A stretch of 62,908 nt of DNA, filler included, from Choristocarpus tenellus KU-1152 (lineage: Eukaryota; Protista; Phaeophyceae): NCBI GenBank assembly GCA_964200185.2. It is 9 parts of 9 records of this genome, joined end to end, with 100 filler letters (N's around TTAATTAATTAA, not from the genome) between each part and the next. Parts side by side here need not be neighbours in the genome. Positions count along the whole stretch, not along the records: positions 6,595 to 19,516 come from CAXNAD020001658.1; positions 19,617 to 23,830 come from CAXNAD020015655.1; positions 23,931 to 34,667 come from CAXNAD020002749.1; 6 more parts are not named here. One strand, 5' to 3'. The notes under the pieces are model-generated. The model was not told the DNA's origin. It did no database searches and was given only the letters and a program-made list of their open reading frames with translations. Positions 11,698 through 24,391 of the stretch are shown here, piece after piece. Numbering within the stretch: position 1 is the first letter of the stretch; each line of letters begins with the position of its first letter. The position numbers and the translations under genes were made by a program.

Positions 11698-14435
11698 ATG
11701 CCCACATGTGGCGACTATACGATGCGCGCTCCGCCAAGGAGACGCAAGGAGGACCGCGAGGAACCCATCTTCCTGCGCAAAACTTATGAGATGATCAACA
11801 CATGCAACCCCGCCTACGCGTGCTGGTCAGCGCGCGGAGATACTTTCACAATCAAGGACCCTGACGCTTTCGCCGAGAACGAGATACCCAAGTTCTTCAA
11901 ACGTTAGTGAAATCCTACACACTGCATCCAATCTCCGCTCAGTATATGTCGTGGCATGATTCCGCATTCATGTGACTGCATTGTTTCGCCAAATCCACGT
12001 AGAACTGATGCAACATGCACCCTCTCTGGCGGTGTGATCTGCTTTTTCATAGGACACAAGATAATTGAGTGCTCTTTCCTTGCCTCTTTGGTGGCACGAT
12101 CTTCTTTTTGACAGGGTAGACACTTACTCATGTGCCCCTTCCTTGATCTCAAGACATGCTTTGGCCTGACTCTCCCAAACAAACGCTCTCCGTCTCATGT
12201 TCTGCTGCCGCTCAAAACCGCAGACAACAAGTTCTCATCTTTTGTTCGTCAACTCAACTTCTATGGGTTCCGCAAGGTCAAGTCCAATGTTACAGTAGAG
12301 GAGACAGACAGCAAGTGGTGGGAATTCAAGGTGGGGGATGCTGCACATTGTTTTATCTTTGTGAGCTGAGCCGCTCCCATTACACTTGGCTTTACCATTT
12401 CCTTGGTGTGAATATTGGCATGTACCTGTCAGATGTAATTCTTGTCAAGGCGCATTTTCAGTTTCAAAAGAACGCAAACACTCGACCCTAACCAGTTTTT
12501 CAGCACCACACTTGTATCATCTCAAGACTTGTTGCAGATGAAGCCCTTTAAAGATGTCTTACACCTCAGATCCTCTGCTGTCTGCTGTTCGATCCCCATT
12601 TCTGTACCTTCTTGACAGCATGACCTCTTCCAGAGGGGCAAAGACGATCTCCTCATTGACATCAAACGAGCTACGCACTACGGGGTGACGGCTGAAAAGC
12701 AAGAGGTGGATCACCTCAGATCCGAGGTTACTCATTTGCGTAGCCACATCTCTGACATGGATGACAAGATTGGCTACCTAACTTCTCTCGTCGAAACTCT
12801 CATGGTTGACAACAAGCCCTTTCCTCCTGCAGTGTTGAAGAAGGTGACAATAGAGAGCAAAGGCAGCACCATCAGGGCCAAAAACGAAATTGCCCCCAGC
12901 GATGCACTAGAAACAGCAGTGATCGTACCAAATTTGAACCCTCCACTCAAGAGGCAGAGACTGGTAGTAGCTGGTGCGGAATCACAGACCTCCAAGTACC
13001 ATAATGTGGACAGTCCCTCTCCCAACAGCCTGGGTGATGCTGCTGCTCCATGGGCTGGAGCAGAAGGCTTGCGCCAGCTTGGCCCGCCAGCAGCGGTAGG
13101 GCCCTTGTCGCCGACAACGCCACGGTGTGGAACAATGCCAAAGGTGAAGATGGAATTGTTGGACTCCCCAACACCGTCCTACCTTTGGGGTAGCCCTTCC
13201 AAGTCTACGAATGGGACAAGTCTTACATCGCCTCGCTCGCCCACCACATCCTTCCTCAATTTGGACTCTGCCATGAGCACAGGGGACAGCGTTGAATTCC
13301 CCCCCGGATTTGCTGACCAGTTTCTCGCGTTTGAGCCGGTGTCTGCAGCAACCCTGCCTTTCCCGCCTTCCTGTAGTGATGAGGGCGATGGTAGAGATGA
13401 GGCTGGAAAGGGGGATTGTGTCGATGTAGCTGGAGTGGGTTGTCCTAGGTCTGAGCAAGTATTGGATGAGAACCAGGAATGCAGAGTCAGCAGGGCTAGC
13501 AGCAGCAGCAGCATTAATGTTGGTATTGAGGTTGGAGGAGGCTGTGAGGGCGAAGAGTCATCGTGTGGGGCTCCACTTCCTGTTTGTGGTGGGAAAGTGG
13601 ATAATGGTCATGTCACTAGTGCCTCGGTGTCCCTTGCCAGGGTGGGTAGGGAGGGCTCCCCAGAATCTGCACCAGCTGAGGCGGGGTCAAGTCCTTTGTC
13701 GCCCCGACTGTCTGAACTGCACCTTAGCTTGGACTCCATGCAGCCTGATTGCAGGTCGAAGGCAAGTTGTGCTTGGCCCATCCCCTCTGTTGCATCTATC
13801 ACTCTCAGTTGTCATTTTGTTTGCTATGTTGCGCGCCTCACATCATCGCCACAACCAACATGTGAAGTGAAACGTTATGGAGGAGTTTGTATTGGTTTTC
13901 AGGCATGTTTATTGTTCAGAGGTAGATGCGATTGGCAGTGCTTCCCTCTGTATTAGGTCTTGTCGAGGACACGGTTGTTGACTGCCTGTTGACGGCCTGG
14001 CTGGGGTTGGTGGGGGGGGGGGGGGGGGGGGGGGGGGCCCCCCTGCCCCCCTTGCCAAGGTGGGCTGGGCAGCACATCTGCCCCACTTGACAAGGTGGAC
14101 TCTGATGCTGCCTACACTGTACAATTCGCACTTTACCAAATACTTTCCTGCTCCATACCCCCTCAAACAAGGGATAAAATGTGAACAAATGTATATATGC
14201 CTGGGGTATCTTTTATTGCACTTGAATATGAAATCTTGGCTAGGTGTTAATCCTCTACCTAGCCATATATATGCAGCTTAGGGGTCTGTTCTGTTCGTGG
14301 CATGTTGCTCCCGCTTACCTGTGGCAAAGTGCCTTGTGCCCCCTTTACCTATCCCTTTTTCAAAGACCATGTTCGTCCTCACCTTCACACTTCTCATGAG
14401 CATTTTTTGTGAGCATGCTTACACACAGCCTCACC

Positions 14436-14466
<31 letters not shown>

Positions 14467-14883
14467 TAAACCTTGCTCACGCCCTATGTTCCGCCCCCCT
14501 GCTGTCCAATCTCTTTGCCTCAGCTCGCTGAAGGGCTATCGGCACTCATGCAAAACCCACACTTTCTCAGTGCCCTTGTGGGAAAGTCTAGTACGCCGGC
14601 TGGAATTGCAATAGCTGAGGGAGGGGAGAGGGAGGGCGAGGTAGAAGGGACTGGGTTGTGGAATGCTCAGGGAGGAGCTGGAGGCAAGGAATCTGGGGAT
14701 ACCTGGGGAGAAACTGATACATTGATGGGGACAGGGGGTAGGACGGGCGGTAAGTCACCTGTGGCAGGAGCTGCAGGGGGAGGGAATGCTTGTTCCAACA
14801 TTGAGGGAAAATTATCAGGATGTGCCACTCCAGCACATTCCTCACTTGAGAAGCTGCCCTCCTCTGAGGCAGTTTTTGGGTGA
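11698..14883 (+). CDS. HSF: Heat shock transcription factor (HSF-type DNA-binding domain), 4 exons, about 604 aa
   Basis: Exons 11698-11902 (alternative ATG 11722), 12224-12330, 12619-13761, 14524-14883; total 1815 nt. DBD: [60 protein letters not shown]. Heptad repeat EVDHLRSEVTHLRSHISDMDDKIGYLTSLV; basic NLS-like PPLKRQR. Intron 3 needs a GC donor. Confidence 0.93.
14436..14464. repeat. (AAT)n microsatellite
   Basis: Direct reading, HSF intron 3. Confidence 0.9.
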
Positions 14884-17586
14884 CTCTCTGTGGTGGAGGT
14901 CGGGGGTGGACTTGTGCACCAGGATGTTAGTGTGACTTTTAAACAGCACTGTACAGCTCGCAGGAGCGCACTCCTCCTCCAATGTATGTTTATGTGTGTA
15001 TGTGTATGTGTTTGTGTTTGTGTTTGTATGTACTTGGTATTTGTGGGAGAAGACTTTTGTGGGGGGGGGGGCTCTGGTGGCATCGTAGAGTCCCATCTCT
15101 GTTTGGGCTGTGAGACTGATTCCTGTGAGGCGTGGTGCTCTCTCAGGCTGCAACTGCTGCTTGGGTGAGAAGACCCCAGTAGGTTGGTCAAAGCGGGCGG
15201 GATTGGCTGGTGGTAGTGTGTGAGTATTGTTGAGTGAGTGGTGATTGAACTGTTGCTTTTCTGTGCTCGACACAACAGGACTCCTGCAGATATTGAATTG
15301 GCATTGATGAGAATAGGGGTTTGTAGAGGTTTGGGGTATCATGACAGGTGAAGGGAGAGGGAGGGAGAGTACGTGAAGGTGCTGAGACTGTGTGCTACAT
15401 GTCCATTATTCGAAGTGGGAAAACTACGCTGAGGATGCCGACTTCTCTGACTGAGCTGCAAAGTGGTGTGTGCAACCAATTGGGATGCCTGCTGGTGGCC
15501 CTATTGACACCCATGTGCCCTGTCCTGTCGATTTGTTTGTGAAGAATGAAATGGCTTGAGATAGGGCTTTGGTGAAAGAAGACTGGGGGTGGAGGGGGGC
15601 AAGGGGGCACTATGCTGCCAACCTCACAGCATGTGGATACTAATTGAGCTTCCACCGCACTGTTATGTTTGATTGTTGTGAGACTTTTAGGTTAGAGCCC
15701 ATGCAGGTATTTCCTTATCCTCTGTTGAGGGTGTAACGTTCTTGGCTGAGTGAGATGACTTGAACTGCTGAATTGTTCGTAAGGTGCTATCCTTTTCATT
15801 GCACCGTTGTAGACCCCCAAAGTTTGTTTCTCATACTCTCATGGTGAACTTGACTTCCTTGGACTGACTTTCTTGTGTGTGAACCTCGAGTGGAGGAGGA
15901 GTGGCTTGTTCAACCGTGAGAATTAGGAGGGGGGCAAGAGAAGATGCTGTTGTAAAGCGCACCATTTCGATCGAGACCTTTCATGAGATGATTTCTTCTG
16001 TAGTTCTTGGTGCTCACACAGTGCACCAAGGACCCGTTCTTGTGTGTGCGTATTGTATTGATGGAAGAGTGGTGCTCTCCAGCGACATGACTGGCATGGG
16101 TATGTGAGTGCGTTTTTGTGCACTAGTGTGCATGTAGTCCTGCTGCACTGAGCACATGGGCGGGGGGGGGGGGCAATAGTATCAATTTCAAGAAGCGGCT
16201 CGTGTGTGTGAAGTTCAACTTCAACTTTTTTTTTCTCGTGAAGTGTAGGACATTCTATATTGAAGGGGGTGTTGGCTCAACAACCACAAGAAATGTGTAG
16301 ACAGCGTATGGCTCATTGAGTGCCCATCTAAATGTAATTCGAAGTTTGATTCTCTTTTTGTATGCAATGCATTGGGCACCCTAGGCTCGTGTAGTGCTTG
16401 AGACCAATGAGGAAGCACAAGGGCCGGTGCTTGTACAATCCTTTGTGGCAATGATGACTGGGGATTGAAACAGTTTTTGTTGGTTGAAGCCATTACGATT
16501 CTTTTGCAGAAAAGTCTTACGTTTAAGCTCTGCTTTGGGGTGTTCATTCATTGTATGGGTAGATGAACCTAGCACAGTTGCAGTTCCCTCCTATCAATCA
16601 AATACTCCCAGAGGCTTCTCTCTTTAAGCACTGCAATAGTTCCAATATATCTCCAACAAGAGAGGAAAGGTTCAAGGTGAGTACGTCTTTGTCACTCTTT
16701 GACAGAGCACACCATCAATAGCAATGAACCAAGTATCATGGTACTAAACTACATGTTTGTAGTTCAGCCGTGGTCAGTCATCATCTCTATCTGCCATGAG
16801 TGTCTCTAGACCCTTTGACACTCTTGTTCATGAATTTGACAACCTGATGGCGTATCGACCCTAGCTAACATCTACAGTTTCTTCGCCTTCGCAGAGTGCA
16901 TGGTAAACCCAAACTGACTTACCCCTTTATCAACCCTGAACAACAAATGGTTATGGTAGGAGGCACAGAAAAAACTAGGTGATTTAACTACAGGGGATGA
17001 CACTCTAGACTACACTGAACAAGTGAGTGACATAAAAGACACATACCTACCTCGTGCCACCCACCATAGCTACCCACCTAACCTGTCGACCATCAATGAG
17101 TAGTTAACAAGAATATTGACCTTCACATTCATTTCACTCCTTTCCTTTGTCCTTGCCTATTGATGAGGTGTTGGGTTTCTTCTCACCCTTTCACCTGACG
17201 CAAAACACTTCATCTCACCCCCTTTCCGTTCATCGCACTTCTACAGCCCAAGACTATTTATTTTGTTACCATTGTTGTGGTTCAAATGATATTTATGTCA
17301 TACAAAGTTACCATACGCATTAGTTACTCTCAACAGCAGATGTAACAATGCTCCGAGCGTCTTGTCAGCAGTGACCTTGTCCCATCACAGGTTCCACACT
17401 TTTGATATACTCGACACCTACCACCCATAGTGCAACACCCCCTCCAGGAGAAGGCCAAGGAACATACCATACTACGATAGCACCTAATAAAGAGCATCCC
17501 AATACTTCAAAAATTCAAACAATCAGACCACCCCCCTCCCCTCCTTTGTAAAACCCGGCCAAGGGTCAAGGGTCGCATGATGAACT

Positions 17587-18928
17587 TCAGTAAGGTGGAT
17601 ACAATGTTGGTCCACTTGAACTACCACTCGTGTACAAGCACTCTAAGAAGCGGTCACAGGTGACAGTTTCCTCATCAGTCCGTGCCATCTCAGTGAGGTT
17701 CAGCAGCTGTTTAATGCCGATGGGGCTTGTAATAGCCGCAGCAATACCATCCATATCCGCCTGAATGGACGTGGGCACCACCCCCCAGGGCATGCGTGAT
17801 AGAGGAGTAGCTAGGGTGAGATATCAGGGAGAGTCTATTAGGAGAGGGTTATATGGTGCCATGGCTTTCAAAGAGAGACACGGCGAGGAGGGATAAGGGT
17901 CTGGAAAGGGGGGGACATGAGCTTCACTTGTGGTAAACAGAAGCCAGGCTACACTGACTGCCCGCAACACCTCTAAGTGGTCAAAACCTAACGGTTGCTA
18001 GACTTCAAGGCTAGAGGAAGAGTACAAGAGGATCAAAGGAGAGGACCACAAAGGGTTCAGGGTGTCATACATATACATACCCTTTTGTAGGAGGAGAGCA
18101 AGTCACAGGTAGAAACGCATAAGACATCCACTTCGTAACCAACAAAATGACCAAGGTGGAAAATCGATTTCATGAGGTGCAGTGAGGGTAAATGTTGCAC
18201 ACACTAGTGTAGGGCTCTGCTGCTGGTCAGACTCTCCGATTCTTGATGCCCCCACCCAACCCCCCTACCAAGCATCCCGAGTGTGTCACGGTAAGTCGAG
18301 GTAAGCACAAACAAAAAAGAGGGACGGGGGTTCCAACGTAAGACAGCCCTCCTTCGTAACTGCCAACGGTGCAAGAAGGTTCATCCGTATACACTAAAAA
18401 AAAAATCCCACTTGCCTTGGACATGGGGACAAGTTCGTGCAGGACCGCTTTGATATCTTCCGCCTTGCTAAGCTGGGGAACATCCAGAACCACGTTGAAA
18501 TGGTCTACAAGAGATAGATCTGCCAGCTGAGATGGAACTGCAGTAGTGGCCATGACAATCAAGCGGTGTCCCACCGGGGGAGCCTGCCCTCGCAAAAGAC
18601 ATCAAGACAGCCAGAGCCCGAATTGCACAGAAGCACATTTAGATACTGTGTTTTACGAGGGGGCTCAGACGCGATGGATAGTGGGATCAGGGGGTCCAGA
18701 AACTTCGGTTTCGGAGGTAGGGGTCGAGGTTGGAAAGAGGAGGGGAGGGGAGGGTCTCTATCGTACCTTCTTGAGCAGAACAAGAAGGGTCTGCAGTACT
18801 GTGTTGGAGAACCGTGGTCCAATCCTTGCGTACTCAATGATGCGCTCAAGGTTGTCGATCATGATGAACGACAACGGGGACTTGTAGCTGTCCATGAACA
18901 CTTTAGATATGTAGTTTGCCCTCGACAT
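17587..18928 (-). CDS. NSF: Vesicle-fusing ATPase NSF/Sec18, last three exons (5' part outside contig)
   Basis: Exons 18928-18767, 18583-18416, 17760-17587. [67 protein letters not shown] is the NSF D2 domain signature. Confidence 0.95.
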
Positions 18929-19516
18929 CTGCCACAGGCGATGGACGGGGGGAGGGCGCCAGGCGCCACAGAGTGATAGATAGGTAGGGTGAGACAGACG
19001 CTCACGAAAGGCAGGCGTACAATGGTGAGAACTGTTAGTGTAGGCAAAGATGCATCTCCAATAGGAAAGAGAGGGATTGGAGAGGAACTGAAGAGTTTAA
19101 GCAGCGGAGCACGGTTTGCCGTTGTACGTGTGAGGTACTAGGTAGCACATTTCAGAATACTTTCATTAAGAAGTGGAAGCTATTGGCAGCCTCATCTACA
19201 GTCCGTACTCTAGAAAAGTGATCGGGTGCATATGGGAGGACGTGTGTGTGTGAGGGGATGATCAGTTGGGAAGTTGGGGTGTGTGTGTGGTTGATTAAGC
19301 ACGAAATAGGTCGAGAGGAATGAGGAGGAATGAGATGTGCTGCAGGCAGGACAGGGCAGGGAGGGAAGCAAGGCTTCAGGGTGCCCATGAAGGAGATAAC
19401 ACTTAACATCTGATCTAGTCCAGCAAAGGTCACACAGCTTATTATCACACACAGCTTATTAGGTGTGTGTCGTGAAGGAATAACAGGAGCCAAGGGCAAG
19501 GCCGGGTGTGTGGCAG

Positions 19517-19616
19517 NNNNNNNNNNNNNNNNNNNNNNNNNNNNNNNNNNNNNNNNNNNNTTAATTAATTAANNNNNNNNNNNNNNNNNNNNNNNNNNNN
19601 NNNNNNNNNNNNNNNN
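19517..19616. other. Artificial contig spacer
   Basis: 44 N + TTAATTAATTAA + 44 N. Confidence 0.98.
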
Positions 19617-20425
19617 CCCCCCCCAACCGCCCCAACGGGCCATGTAAAAACCCAAGCCGGGCCTATGGGGAAAGGCAGAGGGGGGTGATACGGGGGGGGG
19701 GGGGGGGGTAGTGTGAGGGGCAGGAGGGATTCAGAAAGGAGTAGATGTATGAGAGAGTTGGTACAAGGGAGTTATAGGCGGAGGGGGGATATAAAGACGA
19801 AAATCATTTATCTTAGGGTGTTTTCCTGTGTCCTAGTAAAATAAAAAAAATGTGCAGATGAATAATCACACTGTTGCATCACAATGTGAAGATGAGAAGC
19901 ACTTCTATCGGGGCATTTTCCTTTTGTCATAGTTCAAAGTACAACGTGCGTTACATAGATAGCTATCACACAATTCCATTACTAATAAACTGAATATTAC
20001 CAGCAACACAATAACGCCCACACAGCATAGCATTGTGCAAATAAACATAACATCATTCTTTCTGACAACAAATAAGACACTACTGCCCATTCTCACACTG
20101 CCTCTATGTATCTCCTCATATGTACCTCGAAGAAACAATCAACATGTCCAGAAAAAAAAAATTCTACACACCCGCTACCAAACTACAAATCCCTCTCAAA
20201 CTCCACACACACCACCCCAATTTAGACACACAAGGCCAAAACTAATTTCTAACATCACAGCTTCTAATCTTATTATCATGCACACCCTCTTGCACAGAGC
20301 AAACACCATCGGCAAAACAGATGCGCACACAGGGGTAGTGCAAGGAGGGTAAAATAACCAGCCAATCACTACAAGGGTAGGACCAGCAGGGAAAATAACC
20401 AGCCAATTAAATTAATACAAGGCAC

Positions 20426-23400
20426 CTGATAAGCACAAACCACTGACAATTTCTTCATGCTCCCCAGGGCGTGTCGCACTCGAGGAACAATCTCCAACAG
20501 CACCTCAGGGTTGGCACCCTCGCGGACCTCAAGGGGGAGGTCCTTTACCTCCTTGAGGAATGCCTTGTGGGGGGTGTTCACATAGAGGAGGCGTAACAAA
20601 TCAAAGCACACGAGCATCAGACGAAAAACAAGATGCGGGCAGTACATGTAGAATTGAAAGAGGATAGTTATGTTATGTTATGCCTGTCAGAGCTGAGTTG
20701 ATACAGATTTGAAGGTGTACCTACATACATCCTGCTGGTTACATACAACATATCATAACTATAGCAGATTGCATTGCCACGATCAATTAAAAACTGAGAC
20801 ATGCAAACTCAGACGGGAAGGGGTGTACCTTCAACTGATATCATTTCCTCAGGAGTAACACGTGTTGCACACACTCTTCTCAAATATCCTCACTGAACCT
20901 CATGACACTCAACAATCCATATGCTTTGCTTTGTGCACTGCACTCACATTTTAATCTTTTAGCAATCTCTTCCAAGTATTTTCAGACAAATTTAGGACAA
21001 AAACAAAGGACACATGAACCAACTCTGTAGCTAAAATACGTTGGATTTTGTACTAGTTCACGTTATGTTACCCGAAGCTCAGTCTGTGCATATTGTACCA
21101 CAACTCACCCCTCCCAGCTTGAACAAAACTAAAAAATAGGAAATCTGATGAAAAACAATAGCAATGGACCCTACTGCAATCATACTTTTGACAAATACCT
21201 TCATGTTCTACTTATCCAACACGCCTTTTGCATGTAAGGATTCCATTCTTTCTCTTCACACCCACCTTCATAGTCCTTTACATCAAGGTACTTGATGAGG
21301 AAACTGTTGAGGCAGTCTTTACTACAATCAATTCTCCCATGAAACCCACCCTCAATGGTGACAAATATCGCACTTAACATGAACTCACTGCAAGCAACAA
21401 CTGTGCCATCCAATACAACAACAAAAAAATGCCTAGACCTGCAACCTCTCCATAGAGTCAACAGATATATCAACAACACATTCTCCCTACCAGATCCCCC
21501 CCCTCCACCCCCTATCTGCCTTACCCTCTCATAGTCACAGAGGAGCAGCACTCCATGACCATTTTTTCCAGCCCTAGCTGTTCGACCAAGGCGATGAATA
21601 TATTGGGCGCGGTCAGTTGGCAGACCAACCTGGAAGGGGGGGAAGGGGAGGGGAAGAAAGGTCACTGGTCAGATGTGTTCTGCAAGTGAATACTTGTACA
21701 CCCTGGAGGGAGTTCCACATGACACAAAATGGGACTGGTGTAGGAAGTTCAGCGGATGTTCAGCATGTGCCATGGTACATCTCCTGCAGCATAGTGAGAA
21801 ACAGAAGGCAGTCATTGTGACAGGCTTACAGCAGAGTGAGAAACAGAAGGCAGTCATTGTGACAGCCATCACACCTGAAGAAGTTACAAATCGTCATTCT
21901 GACTCAAATAACAAAAAATATGCACAACCTGACCTGCTCATCACAAAAAAAACGTCTCTAAAACTGCAAAAGCCCCTTCCCAACCCCCTCTACCTCACCT
22001 CCTCCACGACAAGCAAAGCAGAACTTCTCAAAACTCCCCCCTTCTCAATTGGCCCAGTCAACAAAATCACCCCAGCATGCAATCGACCTCAAAGGTTTTG
22101 CCCTCTCCTTCTTTAATCACGTTGGTTACACCTGGCAGGTGCAAACACCTCTTCTCTAACATCCAACAAGCCAAGCCTAAACTTCCCTTCCCAAGCACAA
22201 ACACACCACAGACCTTTACACACATCGCCATCCCTACTCTTACCTGGATCACCCCTGACACATCCGGGTAGTCCATGCCACGGGCAGACACATCACTGGT
22301 GAACATCACCAACCCTCTCCCATTACGGAACGTGTTGCTGACCTTAGTTCGGTGACCTTGACTCTTTCTAGAATGGATCTCAAGCACACTGAACCCCTGC
22401 AAAAAGAACCCCCCCCCCCCAGTACATGCAAGTGTTAACATTGAACAGGGAACAGGGAAATGGGATACATCGGGATTGTTATCTTCAATTTGCGACCACA
22501 TGAGTTCAAAGAAACAAACGCACCCAGAGTGGAGGATCGCTGTCAAAGCTAACATCAACATCACTTCTTCATCCCCTCAAAACCATTTCCGATCCTTGGT
22601 GCACGTATGAGGGGAGGGGGGGGGGCAGGGGGATAAATAATGCCTCGGGAGGCACACATACCGGAAGAGAAAGAAGTAGAACAGGGATAGAGGGATCTGA
22701 TTGTACATGCACAGGTCACATTCAATGCACCTTTGTTTACTAATGGGAGGAATTGTTCTTGCTAGAAGGGTAACACGTGATGCAGGTAGGTCAAAGTGCA
22801 AGTGGGAGGAGGGAGGAGATCGGGTCAGACTCGCCGCAACGTTAAATAGAGACTTGCCAAGAGGTTAAACAGCTCGGCGTAGAACTGTGTGAGCCGTGCT
22901 GTGGTGAAAAAAACAATAATTTTGTGCCCAGACGGGTCCTCCACCATCCCCTCCTGAAGCAGGTGGCACAATTCCTCGACCTGCAGAAAAGAGATCCAAA
23001 GGGGGTAGGGGAGGAGGAGGTAGCCATCACCCCGATGCAGTAACGGTAGATTGTAAGGGGAGGGGGTGCACTGCTGGTCAGTTAAGCAAGACGGCAACAT
23101 GCCCAATCAAAATCCCAAGTCAAGAGAGAGGAGCCATGCTAAAGGAAAAAGCCGGAGTGACACGGTAGAGCTCAAAAAGACAAAAACAAAATCAAAGCCG
23201 CACACCACTACAAACAGGGAGAGGGGTTGCAAATTTCACCACATTCTAGAGTGCGCTCCATCATGACCGGGGGGNNNNNNNNNNGGGGGGTTGCAAATTT
23301 CACGGTGTGTGAGGTGGGGCGCCGTATTGAGGGGGGGGGGGGGGGAGGCATAACGAAGCAAAACATTTTCGGGAAAATCATGACTCAACGTTCATCTACA

Positions 23401-23729
23401 GACACACATCAGCGAGAGGCCAGTCGCAGCAAGGCAACGGATGCCACGCAATTCTGTGTGCCTGCATTTATTTGCCCACAAGGGGTACCAATCGTACTCG
23501 CCTGGTTCTCCTGCGTAGAGATCATGTACTTTTGAGGAACGTGCTGGTGTGTGCTCTCCTCTTCTCCGACACAGTCCACGTACTCGTACTTCTCCCTGAG
23601 GGCGACTTCCGCAATCTTCCTAACGTCCCCGGGCATTGTAGCCGAGAACAGTAGGGTCTGCCGAAGGTTCTTGTCAGGCAGTCGACGCATGATGGCTTCA
23701 ATCGCAGGCCGGAAACCCATCTCCAGGAG
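20426..23729 (-). CDS. DEAD-box RNA helicase, Mss116/RH31-like, five internal exons (partial both ends)
   Basis: Exons 23729-23502, 22980-22858, 22396-22244, 21629-21525, 20563-20426, all phase 0. Motifs LLEMGF, QTLLFSAT (III), KIIVFF (IV), EIHSRKSQ..R, SDVSARGMDYPDV (V), YIHRLGRTARAGK (VI), ..AYQ. Confidence 0.94.
21794..21864. repeat. 42-bp tandem duplication in helicase intron
   Basis: GTGAGAAACAGAAGGCAGTCATTGTGACAG occurs twice. Confidence 0.8.
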
Positions 23730-23830
23730 CTGCCATGTGAAGTGCAAACAAGCAATGTCATGGTAGCGTTATTACTACTGGTATTATTATTGTTGTTGTT
23801 GTCTTCACATTAGTGTGGGGATGGGGGGTG

Positions 23831-23930
23831 NNNNNNNNNNNNNNNNNNNNNNNNNNNNNNNNNNNNNNNNNNNNTTAATTAATTAANNNNNNNNNNNNNN
23901 NNNNNNNNNNNNNNNNNNNNNNNNNNNNNN
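23831..23930. other. Artificial contig spacer
   Basis: 44 N + TTAATTAATTAA + 44 N. Confidence 0.98.
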
Positions 23931-24391
23931 CTACGCAGGGGGTGGGGGGGGGGGGACAAATCACAAGAAGACAATGACTGGGATCAGCGATGACTCCACA
24001 GTACCAACGAGCTGATCTTTCGCTAGAACACTGTGAAGTCATGGCAGTCAGGTAATGATGTCCCAACGCATTACTTTCCCCGAACCTCAGCAGCATTAGA
24101 CAACATGACGGTGATCTTGCAAATAAGATCATTGCCAGGGCTAGGGACAGGACAACTTCCGATTGCTTTGCAGTGTAGCAAGTACTCCATTCCTCACAAA
24201 AATTGTTTCGAACCTGACCAAGGTGAACGAACACCACAAACCTTCGTCCGGACAAACTATCTCCCTCCATTAGCTAGAGGGAGTGGGGGGTGGGGGGTGG
24301 AGTACTACAGAAAAATGCCTACTTGTTATTGCACTCTCTAGTGAAAACTAACTATAGCACTGACAACAACAGATGCAGACATCAAATTCAC

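Noticed and set aside
13762-13956. C-terminal part of the 423-aa HSF ORF in the track
   Set aside because: Most likely read-through into intron 3 past the GC donor.
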